Below, in pieces: positions 61,600 through 64,000 of a stretch of 64,000 nucleotides of DNA; positions within the stretch are counted from its first letter, which is position 1; each line of letters opens with the position of its first letter. The stretch is from Nageia nagi (lineage: Eukaryota; Plantae; Pinophyta), in NCBI GenBank assembly GCA_050084985.1, contig JBITNC010000001.1, positions 17,670,001 to 17,734,000 of the forward strand. Reading direction: 5' to 3'. The translations under genes were made by a program, and so were the position numbers. The notes under the pieces were generated by a model. It made no database searches. It saw only the letters and a program-made list of their open reading frames with translations, and was not told the origin of the DNA.

Positions 61600-64000
61600 T
61601 TCAGGAAAAAACCCCTGACATTGAAAACCTTCAAGATGTATTCCTCAAGCATGCCATTCACACCCTTCGTCCTTTCCTCTTGACGCTCTTCAACAATGTG
61701 ATTAGCTCGAGTTTCCCATCTTCCTAGACATCCAACATCATCCATCCCATCTTCAAATCCGGCGATCCCAATGAACCGAGCAATTACCGCACCATTATTA
61801 TTGGCCACACCTTGGCCAAGCTTTATGTCACGATCATGGAGGAGTACCTTTATCCGATGGCCGACACTCGAGGATTTTTGGCAACATGACAAGCAAGCTT
61901 CCGTAGAGACCACCACACTATTGACCATCTCTTCACTCTCAGGGCTATTATCGAGGAGGCTAGATTCCGAAAGTCTGCAGTCTTTTGTTGTTTTGTAGAT
62001 TTCAGGAAGGCCTTTGATACTATGCCCTGACACAAACTCATGGATTGACTACAACGGTTAGGTGTGCCTAAGATTGGATTAATAGCCATTTTGACATTAA
62101 GAGACTATTTCAGGCCGCATTCACACTCCAGATGGATTCTTTGACAGCATTTTCAGCATGATTTGGGTGAAGCAGGGATGCCCTCTCTCACCGACTTTAT
62201 TTGGTGTTTGCATTGATGAGTTGGAGTCTTTTATCCTTGAGACTACAAAGCACAGTTTCGGTTGCCTTCTCCATGGTAGTCGTGTGCACATCCTCCTTTT
62301 TGCAAATGACATTGTGTTACTTTCCCAATCTATTGAGGGTCTCCAAAGTTTGATAGATGGCCTAGCAACTTTTAGTACTAGACAGGAGTTAGCAGTGAAC
62401 CTTAGAAAGACTAAGGTAGTGGCTTTCAATGTTTCGAAAGCCACAATGGACCAGACTCAGCTCATCTTCCACGATAGCATTATTGAGACTACTACTCCTA
62501 CACTTATTTGGGAGTTCTCTTTTCAGACCCTAGGTTCTCTATGCAGGCAGCAACACCATCTAGAGTTTGTTGAGGTTATGTGGCAGTTTCCACCTTGGAG
62601 AGACAATGCATCCAATTGCACTTTCAGGACATTCCATCCAAGTTAGAGTTATTCCAGTCCCTAGTCATACCCAATGCTTTGTATGGGGTTGAGGCTTGGG
62701 GACCCATTTTGGGAGCAACGGATTGGACTTCAATTGAGAGGATTTTGATCATTTTTCTATCTCATTTCATACGGAGTAAAAGGACGGTCCCACATACTAT
62801 CATACTTGCAAAGTTCAATTGCCAACCACTCTTGGTATGGGCCCTTGCTCCTATAGTCCTATTCCTCCATCACCTCCAGAGCTTATCTGATCGTGGTGAT
62901 GATACTAGGCTTCCCGCAAGAGCTGAGGCCTCCTGGATCGACGTAGCACCCCAGGGTTATCACCGATGTTGGTTTGTAGAAGTTTCTGCTATGCTCTTTA
63001 GATTTAATTTCTCCCCAGATAGATTAACCTCACCACAAGGGGCTTCATCACATACCTTCGAAGATTCCATGAATGCGACTCGTGAGGCAATCTATAGGGC
63101 TTTCATCCAGACTACCTGGGTTTCTCCCACGTAGTCGTTGACGCCTAAGTTGGATCACTATGCTCAACACTACCTTTAGTTAGAAAAGGGATTGATACTC
63201 TTGCCTAGTTAGCTCAACTTACATCTCACTTGGGTTGAGGATGTCCCTCAATCAGCTTAGGGTTTGCTTCCACCATTTGAGAGTTGAGACTGACCACCAC
63301 CTAGCCAGAGACTTGCAAGTTTGTCATCTATGCTCGTTGGAGATTGAGAGTGAAGACCACTTCATCTTTCGATGCCCAATCTACTACGACATCCGTGATC
63401 ATTACCATTGCCTCTTCCAAGATTCACAGAGTTCATTGGCCACATTTCTTCAGTACCCAAATCAACATTGCTTAGCCCTTTACTTTTGAGAGGCCCTTCT
63501 CCTTCGAAGATGTCTTTTAGCTCAAGCCCAACAGACATCAGGATTTCGACGCATTACCTCCTTCCGAGCTTCCTCCCAAGAGGGGGCACATAGGAGATGT
63601 CGAGATGAGTATTCACTTCCATTACACCGAATTAGGAGACGTATTTAGAGTACACAGGACCCGTTGAGGACTCGACAAATCACATCTTTCTTCTCCTCCA
63701 ATAGTAGTACCATTGACTCATCTCACAGAGATCAACATGACTCCTACCCAGAAAGGAGAGCACTCCCATACTCTCCCCCTTGAGAGGGTCGGGATGGTCT
63801 TCCTTTGCTTACCTCAGATTTTGTACCCCCCTCTCATTAGAGTTGGGATCTTTCGTGTGGTTGTAGTTGTTTATGCTAGCTTATTTAATGTTTTCTTTAA
63901 ATGATGCCCACTAAGGACTTTGTTGGTCCCTTGACGCAGGATTGTACATGCTAGTCCCATTGACCACTTTTGGTCAATCGTGGACATTAATATACTTCTT
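61600..64000 (+). mobile_element. 5'-truncated, decayed LINE (RT plus C-terminal CCHC; possibly RTEX-like)
   Basis: IHPIFKSGD..EPSNYRTI, FVDFRKAFD, VKQGCPLSPTLF, LLFANDIVL and CHLC....ESEDHFIFRCP motifs with stops and frameshifts; 3' hairpin near 63960. Confidence 0.9.

Overview
Eukaryotic plant genomic DNA, most likely a gymnosperm (inferred from 20-30 kb TE-filled introns and the TE repertoire). The whole window lies inside one minus-strand gene, an ACH2/TesB-type acyl-CoA thioesterase II. Seven GT-AG exons were found (58106-58019, 27970-27858, 27213-27154, 27065-27010, 26890-26786, 26634-26578, 6662-6561) that splice into an uninterrupted 193-codon frame; the first and last exons were not found and probably lie outside the window. 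The introns are stacks of nested transposons: about ten TSD-flanked solo LTRs, non-autonomous LTR elements, copia and gypsy remnants, three hAT MITEs, a hAT transposase remnant and a LINE. Two things stand out. (1) Giant TG...CA units with perfect 5-bp TSDs (11255-26118 and 30914-38802) look like single LTRs of about 6-7.8 kb net. Each carries a decayed copy of the same ~1100-1200-codon unknown gene, with its own TATA box and an upstream array of family-specific palindromic motifs. Shorter relatives keep the termini and arrays but have lost the gene. (2) An LTR element carries an intronless PDS5 (cohesin regulator) N-terminal domain where gag should be, fused in frame to a protease remnant. 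All calls were made by eye with no database searches; mechanistic ideas are labelled as inference.
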